A DNA stretch of 64,000 nucleotides from Verrucomicrobiota bacterium. Its GTDB lineage: Bacteria; Verrucomicrobiota; Lentisphaeria; Lentisphaerales; Lentisphaeraceae. The position numbers and the translations under genes were made by a program. The notes under the pieces are model-generated. The model searched no databases and was not told the DNA's origin. It worked only from the letters and a program-made list of their open reading frames with translations. Below, in pieces: positions 37,767 through 47,850 of this stretch. Numbering within the stretch: the stretch's first letter is position 1; the number at the start of each line of letters is the position of its first letter. Location: assembly GCA_039798785.1 (NCBI GenBank), contig JBDKFG010000008.1:49279-113278 (forward strand). The letters run 5' to 3'.

Positions 37767-38997
37767 CGTAAAGATCCTCCCAGGAGGCGATGCAGGCGAC
37801 GCTGGCGCGGATCACCTCGACCTGAGGATGCTGCAGCTCGATGTAGAGCGGCGAACGGTAGCCGCTGCCGGCCAGGCCGACCGCGGTGCCGGGCTGGAGG
37901 CGCACTTCGTGGAAGAGGTAGCCGGGCAGAAGCTGGAGATCCTCCAGATGACGGATGCTCTTGAGCGTGCCCTGGCGGCGCGCATAGGGAGTGACGATGG
38001 CGGCGGCTTCTTGTTGCGTCTGGCGCAGATCGGGGCTGACGCCGCAGAGGACCTGCGCAGTGGCGTGGATCATGTCCATGCCGAAGGCGAGCTCGAGGAG
38101 GCGAGGTCGGTTGCCGCCGGGGCGCGCGGCGATCTCGCCGAGCTTGTCGCCGATGAGTTCCACATGGGCGGCGCTGTTCCTCATGCCCAGCGCCCGGACC
38201 CCTGCGGCGGCGAGCTCGCGCAGACGGGCCTGCTCTTGCGCGCCGAGGCGGCTGGGCACGATGCGGGCGAAGTGATGGAAGTCGTCGACGCCGATGTCGC
38301 GTCCCTTGAGCACATCGACCACCGGCGAGGTCTCGACCCGGCCGTCCGCCGCGGCGAGGCAATCGACCGAGTGGTCGTCGCCCTGCAGGAATTCGGCGAG
38401 CACGACCTGGGCGCGGGTGTCGGGACGCCCCACCTTGGCGTAATAATCTGGCACTTCGGCGAGCATCTGGCGGTACTTGGCGAGCAGTTCCTGCGGCGTG
38501 TTGTTGCAGCTGCACCACATGCTGGCGGCGAGGTTGGCTGGCTGCAGGAAGACCGGGTAGCCGAGGACGGCGGCCTGTTCGAGCAACAGCTCCTCCGAGT
38601 GCACCTCGACGAAGCGCGCCGCGGCCTGCGGGCCGATGATCTCGTGGAAGCGGCGGCGCATGGTCGGCTTGTTCTGGCACAGGGTCACGGAGGCCGGATC
38701 GAGCCCGGGAAGCCCGAGGGCGGCGTTAAGTAGGGAGGTGACTTCGACGTAGTATTCGCCGAGGTTGAAGAGGCAGGCGAGGGGACGGCGGGCCTGGATG
38801 GCGCGCACTGCGGCGACCAGCTCCTCGAAGGGACGGCGGAAATCGAAACTCTCGACGCTTTCGAAGCCGCGGAAATCGCCCAGCACGTGGCGGGAATTGG
38901 AGTCCAGCAGCAGGCATAGCGGGATGCCGCGGGCGAGCAGGCTTTCGAACTCGCCCCGCCGCGCCATGCCGATGAAGAGCACGGCCGGAGTCCTCAT
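37756..38997 (-). CDS. ATP-grasp ligase (L-amino-acid ligase-like)
   Basis: NK..MR, GYPVFLQP, EFLQG..HSVD, HVEL, EIAARPGG. Confidence 0.85.
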   Translation of the reverse strand: MRTPAVLFIGMARRGEFESLLARGIPLCLLLDSNSRHVLGDFRGFESVESFDFRRPFEELVAAVRAIQARRPLACLFNLGEYYVEVTSLLNAALGLPGLDPASVTLCQNKPTMRRRFHEIIGPQAAARFVEVHSEELLLEQAAVLGYPVFLQPANLAASMWCSCNNTPQELLAKYRQMLAEVPDYYAKVGRPDTRAQVVLAEFLQGDDHSVDCLAAADGRVETSPVVDVLKGRDIGVDDFHHFARIVPSRLGAQEQARLRELAAAGVRALGMRNSAAHVELIGDKLGEIAARPGGNRPRLLELAFGMDMIHATAQVLCGVSPDLRQTQQEAAAIVTPYARRQGTLKSIRHLEDLQLLPGYLFHEVRLQPGTAVGLAGSGYRSPLYIELQHPQVEVIRASVACIASWEDLYDVE

Positions 38998-40193
38998 CCC
39001 TGCAGCTCCGCGACGAAGGCGCCGAGGCGCTTCAACCCGGTGACCACTTCGGCTTCGGGGATGGCGTAGGAGATCCGCACGTGATGGGCCATGCCGAAGG
39101 CGGAGCCGGGCACCACCGCGATGTTGGCGAATTCCAGCAGCAGTTCGCCGAGTCGGTCGACGTCGCTGACCTTCTGGCCGCGGAAGCTCTTGCCGAGCAG
39201 CGAGCTGATGTCGGGGAAGAGATAGAAGGCTCCCTGCGGGACGACGCAGGGAAGGCCGGGGATCTCGCCGAGGCTGACGAGGGCGGCCTGGCGTTGGCGG
39301 GCGAGCTGGGCGCGGATGCCATCGACGAAGGCGTCGTTGGCGGGATCCATGGCGGCGAGCGCGGCGTACTGCACCAGGTTGGAGGGGTTGGAGGCGGAGT
39401 GGCTCTGGAGATTGGAAACCGCTTTGATGAAGGCCTTGGGTCCGGCGATGTAACCGGCGCGCCAGCCCGCCATGCAGTAGGTCTTGGAGAAGGAGCCGAT
39501 GAGAATGGTCCGCTCCTTCACTTCGGGCACCAGGCTGACGATGCTGCGGTGCACGGCGGGAGCGTAGACTAGCTCATCGTAGCACTCGTCGAAGACGCAG
39601 GTGAGATTGTGCTGGAGAACGAGCCTCGCGATGCCGCTGAGGACCGCATCGGTGTAGACCGCGCCGGTGGGGTTGTGCGGGGTGTTGAGGATGATGCCGC
39701 GGGTCCTGGGCGTGATCAGGGCTTCGAGCCGGACGAGGTCGATCTGGAAATCGCTGTCGCCGGTCTCCAGGAAGACGGGGCTGGCGCCGCTGAGGCGGAC
39801 CTGCTCGGCGAAGGTGCCCCAGTAGGGCACGGGAATGATGACTTCATCACCTTCCTGGAAGCAGACGAAGGCGGCGCAGAAGAGCGCCTGCTTGGCGCCG
39901 GAGGTGAAGCCGACCTCCTCGACATCGTAGCGCTGCCCGGTCTTGCGGCTGAGGCGGGCGGCAAGGGCCTCGCGCAGGGCCGTGATGCCCATCGTGTCGG
40001 TGTACTGGGTGCGGTTCTGGTCCAGCACTTTGCGGACGGCGTCCTTGATCACGTCGCTGGTGTCCTGATCAAGCTCGCCGGCGGCGAAGTTGACGACGTG
40101 GACTCCCTGGGCCTGGAGCTTGCGGGCGAGGTTGCGCATGCCGGAGGTCTTGGATCCGGAAAGCTGTTTCATTCGGTTGGCGAAGATCATCAT
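38994..40193 (-). CDS. Class I/II PLP aminotransferase (aspartate aminotransferase-like; candidate phosphonopyruvate transaminase)
   Basis: GAKQAL, NTPHNPTG, DECY, SFSKTYCMAGWRAG, PQGAFY. Confidence 0.92.
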   Translation of the reverse strand: MMIFANRMKQLSGSKTSGMRNLARKLQAQGVHVVNFAAGELDQDTSDVIKDAVRKVLDQNRTQYTDTMGITALREALAARLSRKTGQRYDVEEVGFTSGAKQALFCAAFVCFQEGDEVIIPVPYWGTFAEQVRLSGASPVFLETGDSDFQIDLVRLEALITPRTRGIILNTPHNPTGAVYTDAVLSGIARLVLQHNLTCVFDECYDELVYAPAVHRSIVSLVPEVKERTILIGSFSKTYCMAGWRAGYIAGPKAFIKAVSNLQSHSASNPSNLVQYAALAAMDPANDAFVDGIRAQLARQRQAALVSLGEIPGLPCVVPQGAFYLFPDISSLLGKSFRGQKVSDVDRLGELLLEFANIAVVPGSAFGMAHHVRISYAIPEAEVVTGLKRLGAFVAELQG

Positions 40194-40384
40194 GGCTCCT
40201 GGATTGGAAACTTATCAATGCCGCCGGAGTCCGGCTGGCGCTAATAAGTCCGCTCCCAGGTTTGCGGCGGCATGCCCCCGATTACAAAGCTGTAAGACGC
40301 GTGTGGCCAGGACCGCCTTCAGATTTCAGCCTCGAAAACACAGATCCTTAGTTGAGCCTAGGCTCTATGGCTCCCTGCCGCTTC

Positions 40385-41272
40385 TCAGCTATTCTGGTTG
40401 GCCTGGGCGGCGAGGACGATGCCCGCGAGAATCAAGCCGTTGCCGCAGGCCTGGCGGAGGGTGATCGCTTCACCGAAGAAAATCCAAGCGGCGAGAGAGC
40501 AGAGCACCGGTTCGGCGAGCAAGGCCATGGCGATGAAACTGGCGGTGAAGTGGCGCAGGGCCCAGTTGTAGCTGCTGTGGCCAAGAATCTGACTGACGAT
40601 GGCGAGCCCGAAAAAGGCGCCCCAGGTGCCGGCCGGGAAGCCGGTGAAAGGAAGGCCACTGATCAACACCGCAATCCAGAGGAAGATGGCCGCCGAACCG
40701 TAGCAGAGCCCGACATAAGAGATCAGGGACAGGGAAGGCCGCACCTTGCGGCCGAAAAGCAGGTAGAAAGAGAGCGACAAGCCGCCGAGCAGCGCCAGGC
40801 CGTCGCCGAGCAGCGCTTTCGAGCCGGTTCCGACGTCGCTCAGGCCGATCACCAAGGCGCCGCTGAAGCTGAGGGCGATGCCCGCCCAGGCTTTCGGGCT
40901 GACGCTCTCCTTCACCAGCCAGGGCATCAGGAGCGCGACCCAGAGAGGATTAGTGTTGACCAGCACGACGCTGTTGGCGACCGAGGTGTATTGCAAGGAG
41001 CTGATCCAGGTGGCGAAGTGGATGGCGAGGAAGAATCCGGCCAGGACCGACAGGCCGATGCTCGCTCGTGGAAGAGCCGCGATCTCTTTTCTTCCCTTCC
41101 AGATCACCAGAGGCAGCAGGATCAGTGCGGCAAGGCCCACACGCCATGCGGCGGTGACCAGTCCCGGCGCCTCGGCCATCTTGGCGAAGATGGCGCCGGA
41201 AGACACCGCGCAGATGCCGAGGCTGAGAACCAGCCAGGGCAGGAAGGAAGGTCTGTCTCCGGAATCAGGCAT
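40385..41272 (-). CDS. DMT/EamA family transporter
   Basis: About 10 TM helices; SL.YTSVANS, GDGLAL, LGHS.YNWAL, EPV. Confidence 0.88.
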   Translation of the reverse strand: MPDSGDRPSFLPWLVLSLGICAVSSGAIFAKMAEAPGLVTAAWRVGLAALILLPLVIWKGRKEIAALPRASIGLSVLAGFFLAIHFATWISSLQYTSVANSVVLVNTNPLWVALLMPWLVKESVSPKAWAGIALSFSGALVIGLSDVGTGSKALLGDGLALLGGLSLSFYLLFGRKVRPSLSLISYVGLCYGSAAIFLWIAVLISGLPFTGFPAGTWGAFFGLAIVSQILGHSSYNWALRHFTASFIAMALLAEPVLCSLAAWIFFGEAITLRQACGNGLILAGIVLAAQANQNS

Positions 41273-41373
41273 GTGACCTCAAGGATTTCGGCGCAATCAA
41301 CCATCGATTCCCGCGCTTGTCGCAGCTGCCCCGGGCGAGGAGAGGGGAAATGACACTGTGCCAGTCAAGAGAA

Positions 41374-42819
41374 TCAATGGCCGGCGTCGCGACGGGTCGG
41401 GGGGGCGTCCTTTTTGACCAGAGGATCGCCCATTTCCGATTCCAGCTCCGCCAGGCGTCGACGCAAGACGGCCAGGCGCTCCGCCTGGGCCGGCTCGGCG
41501 GCGAGGTCGCGCAGCTCGTCGGGATCCCGGGCGAGATCGAAGAGCATCGACACCCCGGCCTTGGGATAGTGGATCAGCTTCCAGCCTTGATCGATGACGC
41601 AGCGCTGCAGATCGCGTGAGTAACAGCCGTAAATCGCGGCATGGTGAGGCGGCGGCTGCGGCCGGAGCAGCGGCAGGAGACTCTTGAATTCGACGAAGGG
41701 AGGGGCGGGGATTCCGGCGGCTTCGAGGGAAGTGGGGAAGGCGTCCTGAAGATAGATCGGCGTCGCGATCCGGCGACCGGCGGGGATGCCGGGACCGCGC
41801 AGCAGGAAGGCGGTGCGGAGCGAGTGTTCGTAGAGGTTCTGCTTGCCCATCAGGCCGTGGTGGCCGCAGGCGAGGCCGTGGTCGGCACTGAAGATCACCA
41901 AGGTGTCCTTGGCGAGGCCGGTGGCGTCGAGGCGGTCGAGGATGCGGCCGATCTGCTGGTCGAGGTGGCTGATCAAGGCGTAGTATTCGCCACGGAGCTG
42001 ACGCACCGCCCCGGGAGTTCGAGGAAAGACGCAAAGCCTTTCGTCGCGCAGGTCCTGGCCGCAGCCGATCTTGTCGGCGTGGGGTGCCTCGGGGAGGAAG
42101 TTGCGGGGGAGGTCGACGGCGGCGGCGGGATACATGTCGACGAAGGATTTCGGCGCCTGGCGGGGGTCGTGAGGAGCATTGAAGGCGACGTAGGCGAAGA
42201 AGGGGCGCGGCTCGTCGCGCCGGCTGTCAAGATAGGCGATGGCTTCGTCGGCGGTGACGACACTCCAATGTTTGCCTCCCTCCCAATAACCTTTCAAGCT
42301 TTCGTCCCAAGGGGTCCAGCTTTCCTGGCCGGCAGGGCGAGGCCGCTGATAGGCATCGGGGCGGGAGCCGGGCATGCCGCCGCGGACGGTGCCGAGCTGC
42401 CGGAAGCAGGCTTGCGGGGCGAGGCCGTCGACATGCCATTTCCCGGTCATGTAAGTGGCGTAGCCGGCCTGATCGAGAATCTGGCCCCAGGTCCGTCCGG
42501 CGGCTGCTTCGGCCTTCAGGTCAAGAGCGCCGGCGCGCCAGACGAAGCGTCCGGTGTTCAGCATGGTTCGGCTGGGGACGCAAACCGCGGCGGACCACGA
42601 GCCCATGTTGTAGCAATGGGTGAAGTTGCACCCCTGCGAGGCGAGGCGGTCTAGATGCGGGGTCTTGACTACCGGATTGCCGTTGCAGGCGAGGGCGTCC
42701 CAGGCGAGGTCGTCGGCGAAGAGAAGCAGGATGTTGGGACGCTTCCCGGGCGGCTTCTCCTCGTCTCCGGGGAGGCTCAGGCAGTGGAGAAGTGCGAAAA
42801 GACAGAGCAGGTGTTTCAT
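41374..42819 (-). CDS. Sulfatase (Cys-type)
   Basis: RPNILLLFADD, CVPSR...TGR, GKWH, APHDP, SADHG, GKQNLYE. Confidence 0.93.
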   Translation of the reverse strand: MKHLLCLFALLHCLSLPGDEEKPPGKRPNILLLFADDLAWDALACNGNPVVKTPHLDRLASQGCNFTHCYNMGSWSAAVCVPSRTMLNTGRFVWRAGALDLKAEAAAGRTWGQILDQAGYATYMTGKWHVDGLAPQACFRQLGTVRGGMPGSRPDAYQRPRPAGQESWTPWDESLKGYWEGGKHWSVVTADEAIAYLDSRRDEPRPFFAYVAFNAPHDPRQAPKSFVDMYPAAAVDLPRNFLPEAPHADKIGCGQDLRDERLCVFPRTPGAVRQLRGEYYALISHLDQQIGRILDRLDATGLAKDTLVIFSADHGLACGHHGLMGKQNLYEHSLRTAFLLRGPGIPAGRRIATPIYLQDAFPTSLEAAGIPAPPFVEFKSLLPLLRPQPPPHHAAIYGCYSRDLQRCVIDQGWKLIHYPKAGVSMLFDLARDPDELRDLAAEPAQAERLAVLRRRLAELESEMGDPLVKKDAPPTRRDAGH

Positions 42820-42885
42820 CGTCGCTCCCTGAGTGCCGTCTTACGGAGAGGTGAGGCCGCCTCCGGGGGAGGCGGCCTGTCAGGA

Positions 42886-43737
42886 TCAGAGCGGCATGAT
42901 CTCGATCTTGCGGAACTCGATCGGAGCGCTCTCGCCCTGGATCGAGATGCTGCCCGATTCGATCAGCTTGCCCTTGGCCTTGATCTGGGCGTCGATGTAT
43001 TCGTGGGCGCCGTCGCCGCATCCGTATTTCGGGTCGAGCTGAATGTCGTTGACTTCATGGACCTGCTTGCCGTCGATGAAGTGCTTCACCGACTTGCTGC
43101 CATTGACTTCGAGCTCGATCGTCACCCATTCGTTCTCGGGGAAGCTCATGCCGATGTCGGGCTGGATGCCGTGGGCGGTGGTGAACTTGCCTTTGTGGAC
43201 GCAGTTGGTGCCGGGAGTGCAGACGGCGAGGGTGGGGCGGTTCTGGCCGGCCTTCTCGGTGCCGAGGAGCTGCGATTCGATCGAAACCGGGAAGGGCTGG
43301 TCCTTGGTCATGGTCTCCGCCGGCTGGCCCAGGACCATGAAGCCGTTGTTGCGGATGGCCCAGCCGGGACCTTGCGGCACTTGCTTGCCGACGAAGCGGT
43401 ACTCGGCGCGGAGACGGTAGTGACCGTAGCTGCCCTTGTAGAAGAGGTGGCCGAACTTGTCGGCGAACTTGTCGTACTTGTCGTAGGAGACGACGAGCTT
43501 GCCATCGACGACACGGAAGGTGTCAAGATGGTTTTCCCCCAAGGGGAAACCTTTGATTTTCGGGGTCCAGCCGGTCAAGTCCTTGCCGTTGAAGATCGGA
43601 GTCCACTGGCCTTTCGGCAGGGCGGCTTCGTCGGCGGTCTGGGCAGGGGCGGCGGGAGCGGCGGCATCCGCCGCGGCGATGGCGAGGGCGGCACTGCCGA
43701 TCAAGGCGGCGAATCCGAGGGAACGGAGGAATTTCAT
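42886..43737 (-). CDS. DUF1080 (3-keto-disaccharide hydrolase family) protein
   Basis: IFNGKDLTGW, RNNG, IESQL, QGESAPIEFRKI; signal peptide. Confidence 0.88.
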   Translation of the reverse strand: MKFLRSLGFAALIGSAALAIAAADAAAPAAPAQTADEAALPKGQWTPIFNGKDLTGWTPKIKGFPLGENHLDTFRVVDGKLVVSYDKYDKFADKFGHLFYKGSYGHYRLRAEYRFVGKQVPQGPGWAIRNNGFMVLGQPAETMTKDQPFPVSIESQLLGTEKAGQNRPTLAVCTPGTNCVHKGKFTTAHGIQPDIGMSFPENEWVTIELEVNGSKSVKHFIDGKQVHEVNDIQLDPKYGCGDGAHEYIDAQIKAKGKLIESGSISIQGESAPIEFRKIEIMPL

Positions 43738-43900
43738 GCAGGTCTCCTGGTGGGGTTGCGCTGGGACGGAGCCGCGCGGCCCCGCTTCGACGACTATAGA
43801 CCTGTTTAGGGCGGATAAGTTCCTCTGAAGCGCGGACAAGTCTGTCACCTCCGCCTTTCGAGTTGCAGCGCTATGGTCAGTCGCAGCCAAGGAATTCCGG

Positions 43901-44593
43901 ATGAAAGCGATGATGAGCGCCCTTCTACTTTTCAGCAGCCCCGATCCGGTGCCGGCCAGCGAACGTTCGCGCCAGGCCGAGGCCCGCCAGACGCCGCTTC
44001 TCGAGCCGGCCTTGCATCCCTTGAAGCTGGAGCTGGGCGCCCCGGTGCTGCTGCGCCTGTTCAAGGAGGAGCGAGAGGCGGAGCTTTGGATGCGTCAGGA
44101 CGGCGGCTCCTGGGTCAAGGCGAGGCAATGGCCGATCACGGCGCTTTCCGGCGAGCTCGGGCCGAAACAGAAGGAAGGCGACCGGCAAGGGCCGGAAGGC
44201 TACTACGCGGTGCAGGTGAAAGCGCTGAATCCTGCCAGCAGCTACCACCTGTCGATGAACATCGGCTACCCCAACGCCTACGACAAGGCGCAGAAGCGGA
44301 GCGGCTCCCTGATCATGATCCATGGCGGCGCCGCCAGCATCGGCTGCTTCGCCCTCGGCGATCCCGCTGTGGAGGAACTTTGGACTCTGGCCGCCGCAGC
44401 GTTCCGCCGCGGCCAGAAGGAGATCGAGGTCCATGCCTACCCTTTCCGACTCGAAGAGGCGAAGATGAAGGCCCATGCCGAATCTCCCTGGATGCCTTTC
44501 TGGCAGGAACTCAAACTTGGCTATGAACGCTTCCGCAAGAAGCCGGGACCGCTCAAGGTCTCCGTCAAGAACGGAAGCTACAGCCTGCCCTGA
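43901..44593 (+). CDS. YkuD-family L,D-transpeptidase-like protein (YafK/DpaA-like)
   Basis: RLFKEE, GPK.KEGD.Q.PEG.Y, LNP.S.YHLS.N.GYPN, IHG...SIGC. Confidence 0.9.
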   Translation: MKAMMSALLLFSSPDPVPASERSRQAEARQTPLLEPALHPLKLELGAPVLLRLFKEEREAELWMRQDGGSWVKARQWPITALSGELGPKQKEGDRQGPEGYYAVQVKALNPASSYHLSMNIGYPNAYDKAQKRSGSLIMIHGGAASIGCFALGDPAVEELWTLAAAAFRRGQKEIEVHAYPFRLEEAKMKAHAESPWMPFWQELKLGYERFRKKPGPLKVSVKNGSYSLP

Positions 44594-44608
44594 ACCGCTG
44601 GCACAAGG

Positions 44609-44640
44609 AAAAACCGGCCGCTTCGGGCGGCCGGTTTTTC
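44609..44640. terminator. Bidirectional intrinsic terminator
   Basis: AAAAACCGGCCGC-TTCGG-GCGGCCGGTTTTT between convergent genes. Confidence 0.85.
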
Positions 44641-44656
44641 GATCCGGGAGGGTGCT

Positions 44657-45481
44657 TCAGCCGACAAGATTGTCGACCTGGAGCTTCTCGCGGAGCTTCT
44701 TGAGGGCCTGGTTCTGGATCTGGCGGACGCGTTCGCGTGTACGCCCTATTGCCTGCGAGACTTCCTCGAGGGTCTTGGGGCGCTGCGACAGGAGGCCGAA
44801 GCGGAGTTCCAGGACGAGTTTTTCGCGGTCGGTGAGGAGGATCATGTGTTTCGACATCGAGCGGAAGGACTCTTCCTGTCCGATGATGTCGGAAGCCGTG
44901 GTGGCGGACTTGTCCGCGACGATGTCCTGGATCTCGCCGTCTTCGCCATCCTGGAGCTTCGCTTGGAGGGAGATGGTGGAGCCGCCGACGGTGGAGAGGC
45001 CGGAGACGGTGCGCTTCGAGAAGCTGAGGAAGTCGGCGATTTCGGCGTCGGTGGGCTCGCGCATGAGCTTTTCTTTCAGCTCGAGGCGGGCGTTGCGGAT
45101 CTTGTTGATCTTGCCGGCCGACTGCACCGGGATGCGGATGGTGCGGGACTGGTTGGCGAGGCCGCGGCGCATCGACTGCTTGATCCACCAGGCGGCGTAG
45201 GAGGAAAATTTGGCGCCTTTTGCCGGATCGAACTTCTCGACCGCACGCATCAGGCCGATATTGCCTTCCGAGATCAGGTCGGAGAGGGGGAGCCCCAAGC
45301 CTTTGAAGTCGTGGGCGATCTTGACCACCAGGCGGAGGTTGGAGACGATCAGCTTCTCGCGGGCCTTTTCGTCGCCGACGGCGATCAGGGCGGCGAGGTC
45401 GACCTCTTCGTCCTTGGTCACCAGCTTGATGTCGCTGATGTTATGCATGTAGTTGCGGATCGCGTCGCTCTTGGAGTCCAT
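44657..45481 (-). CDS. Sigma-70 family factor, RpoD/RpoS-like, lacking region 1.1
   Basis: NLRLVVKIA, DLISEGNIGLMRAVEKFDP, FSSYA.WWIKQ, TLEEV....TRERVRQIQ. Confidence 0.93.
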   Translation of the reverse strand: MDSKSDAIRNYMHNISDIKLVTKDEEVDLAALIAVGDEKAREKLIVSNLRLVVKIAHDFKGLGLPLSDLISEGNIGLMRAVEKFDPAKGAKFSSYAAWWIKQSMRRGLANQSRTIRIPVQSAGKINKIRNARLELKEKLMREPTDAEIADFLSFSKRTVSGLSTVGGSTISLQAKLQDGEDGEIQDIVADKSATTASDIIGQEESFRSMSKHMILLTDREKLVLELRFGLLSQRPKTLEEVSQAIGRTRERVRQIQNQALKKLREKLQVDNLVG

Positions 45482-45880
45482 AGGCCTGTCTGTCCTGGTC
45501 GTGAATTTATCCCGGCTTGGGGGGGCGTAGTGTAGTCGGGCTTGACGATTTGACAAGTGCCCTCTAACAACTACGCACAATTGGGGTGGGCTTGCAAGGG
45601 GTGGGCTTGATTTTCCCGAGAAAATCTTCAAGCAGTGCAAATCATCTTTCATGGCGCCACTCCTAGAAGCCCCCCCGCAGAGAGCTTCGCAGCTTGTCGG
45701 GGACTTGCACAGGTCGAAAATCTTCCCTTGCGCATGTCCAGGTCGGCAAGCCGGTCTCGCGCCAAGACGCCCAGCTGTTTGGACTTTTCGCCTCTTGGAC
45801 TCCGTCCATGATTGTAATGCGTCGGCTCCGGGCTATTTTTGCAGGTGTGGAAACACCGGGGTCTCTCCGGCACCCATCAA

Positions 45881-46232
45881 GGGGGCGCAATGGTTTCGAC
45901 TGTTGGGAAGAGGTCTGGGTGGCATGCCGAGGCTGATCGGTTGGCCGCGTTAAAAGCCGATCAAAAAAACAGACGCCAACACAGAACTGGCTCTCGCGGC
46001 CTAAGTCCGCGCCTGTCCCCCGCCTACGCCTGATAAGCGCGCCGACAGGATAAACCATCAGGCTGGCCAGGAGACCTCGTCCTAGGGGTCGCCAGCGAGA
46101 AAGCACTAGGAATCGAGCCAGAGCTAGCCTGTCACTGGGCGGGTGAGGCTGTAGCAACATAAACAGTGAATATGCATGTAGAAGCTCAGATGGCTGCTCA
46201 TCAGGACGGGGGTTCGACTCCCCCCGCCTCCA
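45881..46232 (+). ncRNA. ssrA: tmRNA; tag reading frame ANTELALAA* at 45975-46004
   Basis: 5' GGGGGCG...GGTTTCGAC; 3' T-arm GGGGGTTCGACTCCCCC and acceptor CGCCTCCA with G3.U pair; tag ends LAA. Confidence 0.96.
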
Positions 46233-46235
46233 CTC

Positions 46236-46273
46236 AGTCCCCGCCGATCCACACCGGCGGGGACTTTTCTTTT
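46236..46273 (+). terminator. Intrinsic terminator after ssrA
   Basis: AGTCCCCGCCG...CGGCGGGGACT followed by TTTCTTTT. Confidence 0.85.
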
Positions 46274-46524
46274 GTGTTGAATCCAAGGCGTTTGTGGCTT
46301 TCGTGGGCTTGGCTAAGGAAGGCCGAAAACCCAAAACTATGCCACTTCTTAGCCACTTGGACCTTGCGAGGGGGCTCAAATGCCCCTATGCTTCCTCCAG
46401 GGTGCTCTACCGCATACTTCCGCCCGGAGCCAGTCGCTCGCCGGGTAACCGAGGTCTCGAATCTGTCGCCGGCGGGCGGACATCCCCTAAAGCATCAGTG
46501 TCATACAAACCCTGGAGGCAGCCC

Positions 46525-47850
46525 ATGGCCCGAGCCAAAGCCGACAAAGTCATCAAGAAGAAGCTTCCCCGTGGTGCACTCTTTCAGATGGTCCCCGGAT
46601 GCAGCTTCTACTTCCGCTATCAGCTCAACGGCGTGCGCACCACGGAGAACCTCAAGACCAAAGACCTCAAGACTGCAGAAGCCTTGGTCGAGGAGCGTCT
46701 CCGCACCATCGATGCTCCATCCCTGGAGGTCTTCGAGGCCCACATCTCCCACCTCAAGTTCAACATCAAGAAGAACAGCTTGCTCCTCTCCGATGCGTGG
46801 ATCACCTACAATCTGCACCCCGACAAGGCCAGCCCGGCCACGGTCTCAGAACAGAACGCCTACGCGACGACCTGGAGCGACTTCAGGGACTTCATCGAGG
46901 GAAACCCGAAGCTGAGCGATATCAGCGCCGCCGACGCCATCCGCTACGCCGACCACATGCGCAAGCAACATACGGCGGTCGACACCCACAACCGCAAGAT
47001 CCGGCGCCTGATGAAGATCTTTGGCACCCTGAAGGAGTACCAGCCTGACAACCCCTTCTCCAGTGCGGCGCTGCGGCGCAAGGAACGCGAGGAGCAGGGG
47101 AACACGGTCAGCCGGAAATCCTTCACTCGTGAGGAGGAGGCCAAGATCCTCGCAGTGCTCAAGGATGACCGCTACAAAGTCCTCAACAAGCCCGAGATTC
47201 GAGTGCTTTATCACATCGGAATGTTCACCGGGCAGCGACTGAAAGACTGCGCCTTGCTGCAGTGGGAAAATGTAAACATGGAGCGGAATCTGATCTGGGT
47301 GAAGCAATTCAAAACTGGCGTCAAAGTCACCATTCCTATTGCGCCACCTCTTCTCGAAGCACTCAAGGAGGCCAAGACATGGAGAAAAAACGCCTATGTA
47401 TTACCTGCTGTTGCACAGCGCTATAATACCCAAGATAGCGCAGGTAAAAATAGAGGTGCAATGTTGATTAACTTCGACATCATGAGGGTCGTTAAATGGA
47501 TAGGATTGGACTCGAACGTCAAGGTTCCTGGGCGCAACCGCGCCATCACTGTTTATGGCTTCCATTCTCTGCGACATAGCTGGGCCTCATTCGCCGCCGA
47601 AAGTGGCGTCCCAAAAGCTGTGGCTCAGTCTATCCTCGGTGCGGCAAGTGAAATCCTTGATCGCTATTACATTCACATCGGTGAAGACGCGCAAATTGCC
47701 GCCATCAACACGGTGAGTCAGCATCGCAATTTAGAGGCATCGCCGCAAAAGAGAATTGACCGGGCCCTGGCCCTGATTGAAGGAGCCGCAATTAAAGATG
47801 GCCTTATTCGAGAGCTCGAACTTATTCTTCGCGGAGTGAGCTCCAAGTGA
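46525..47850 (+). CDS. Tyrosine recombinase/integrase
   Basis: TGQRLKD (R), K.FKTG, FHSLRH (HxxR), RYYIH (Y); GGAGG RBS. Confidence 0.93.
   Translation: MARAKADKVIKKKLPRGALFQMVPGCSFYFRYQLNGVRTTENLKTKDLKTAEALVEERLRTIDAPSLEVFEAHISHLKFNIKKNSLLLSDAWITYNLHPDKASPATVSEQNAYATTWSDFRDFIEGNPKLSDISAADAIRYADHMRKQHTAVDTHNRKIRRLMKIFGTLKEYQPDNPFSSAALRRKEREEQGNTVSRKSFTREEEAKILAVLKDDRYKVLNKPEIRVLYHIGMFTGQRLKDCALLQWENVNMERNLIWVKQFKTGVKVTIPIAPPLLEALKEAKTWRKNAYVLPAVAQRYNTQDSAGKNRGAMLINFDIMRVVKWIGLDSNVKVPGRNRAITVYGFHSLRHSWASFAAESGVPKAVAQSILGAASEILDRYYIHIGEDAQIAAINTVSQHRNLEASPQKRIDRALALIEGAAIKDGLIRELELILRGVSSK

Noticed and set aside
40385..42819. EamA transporter and sulfatase as members of the phosphonate operon
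   Set aside because: Separated from the aminotransferase by ~190 nt containing a hairpin, unlike the overlapping core genes; membership is unsupported though not excluded
45663..46379. 238-aa minus-strand ORF
   Set aside because: Antisense to tmRNA; WRRGESNP is the typical translation of a reversed T-arm
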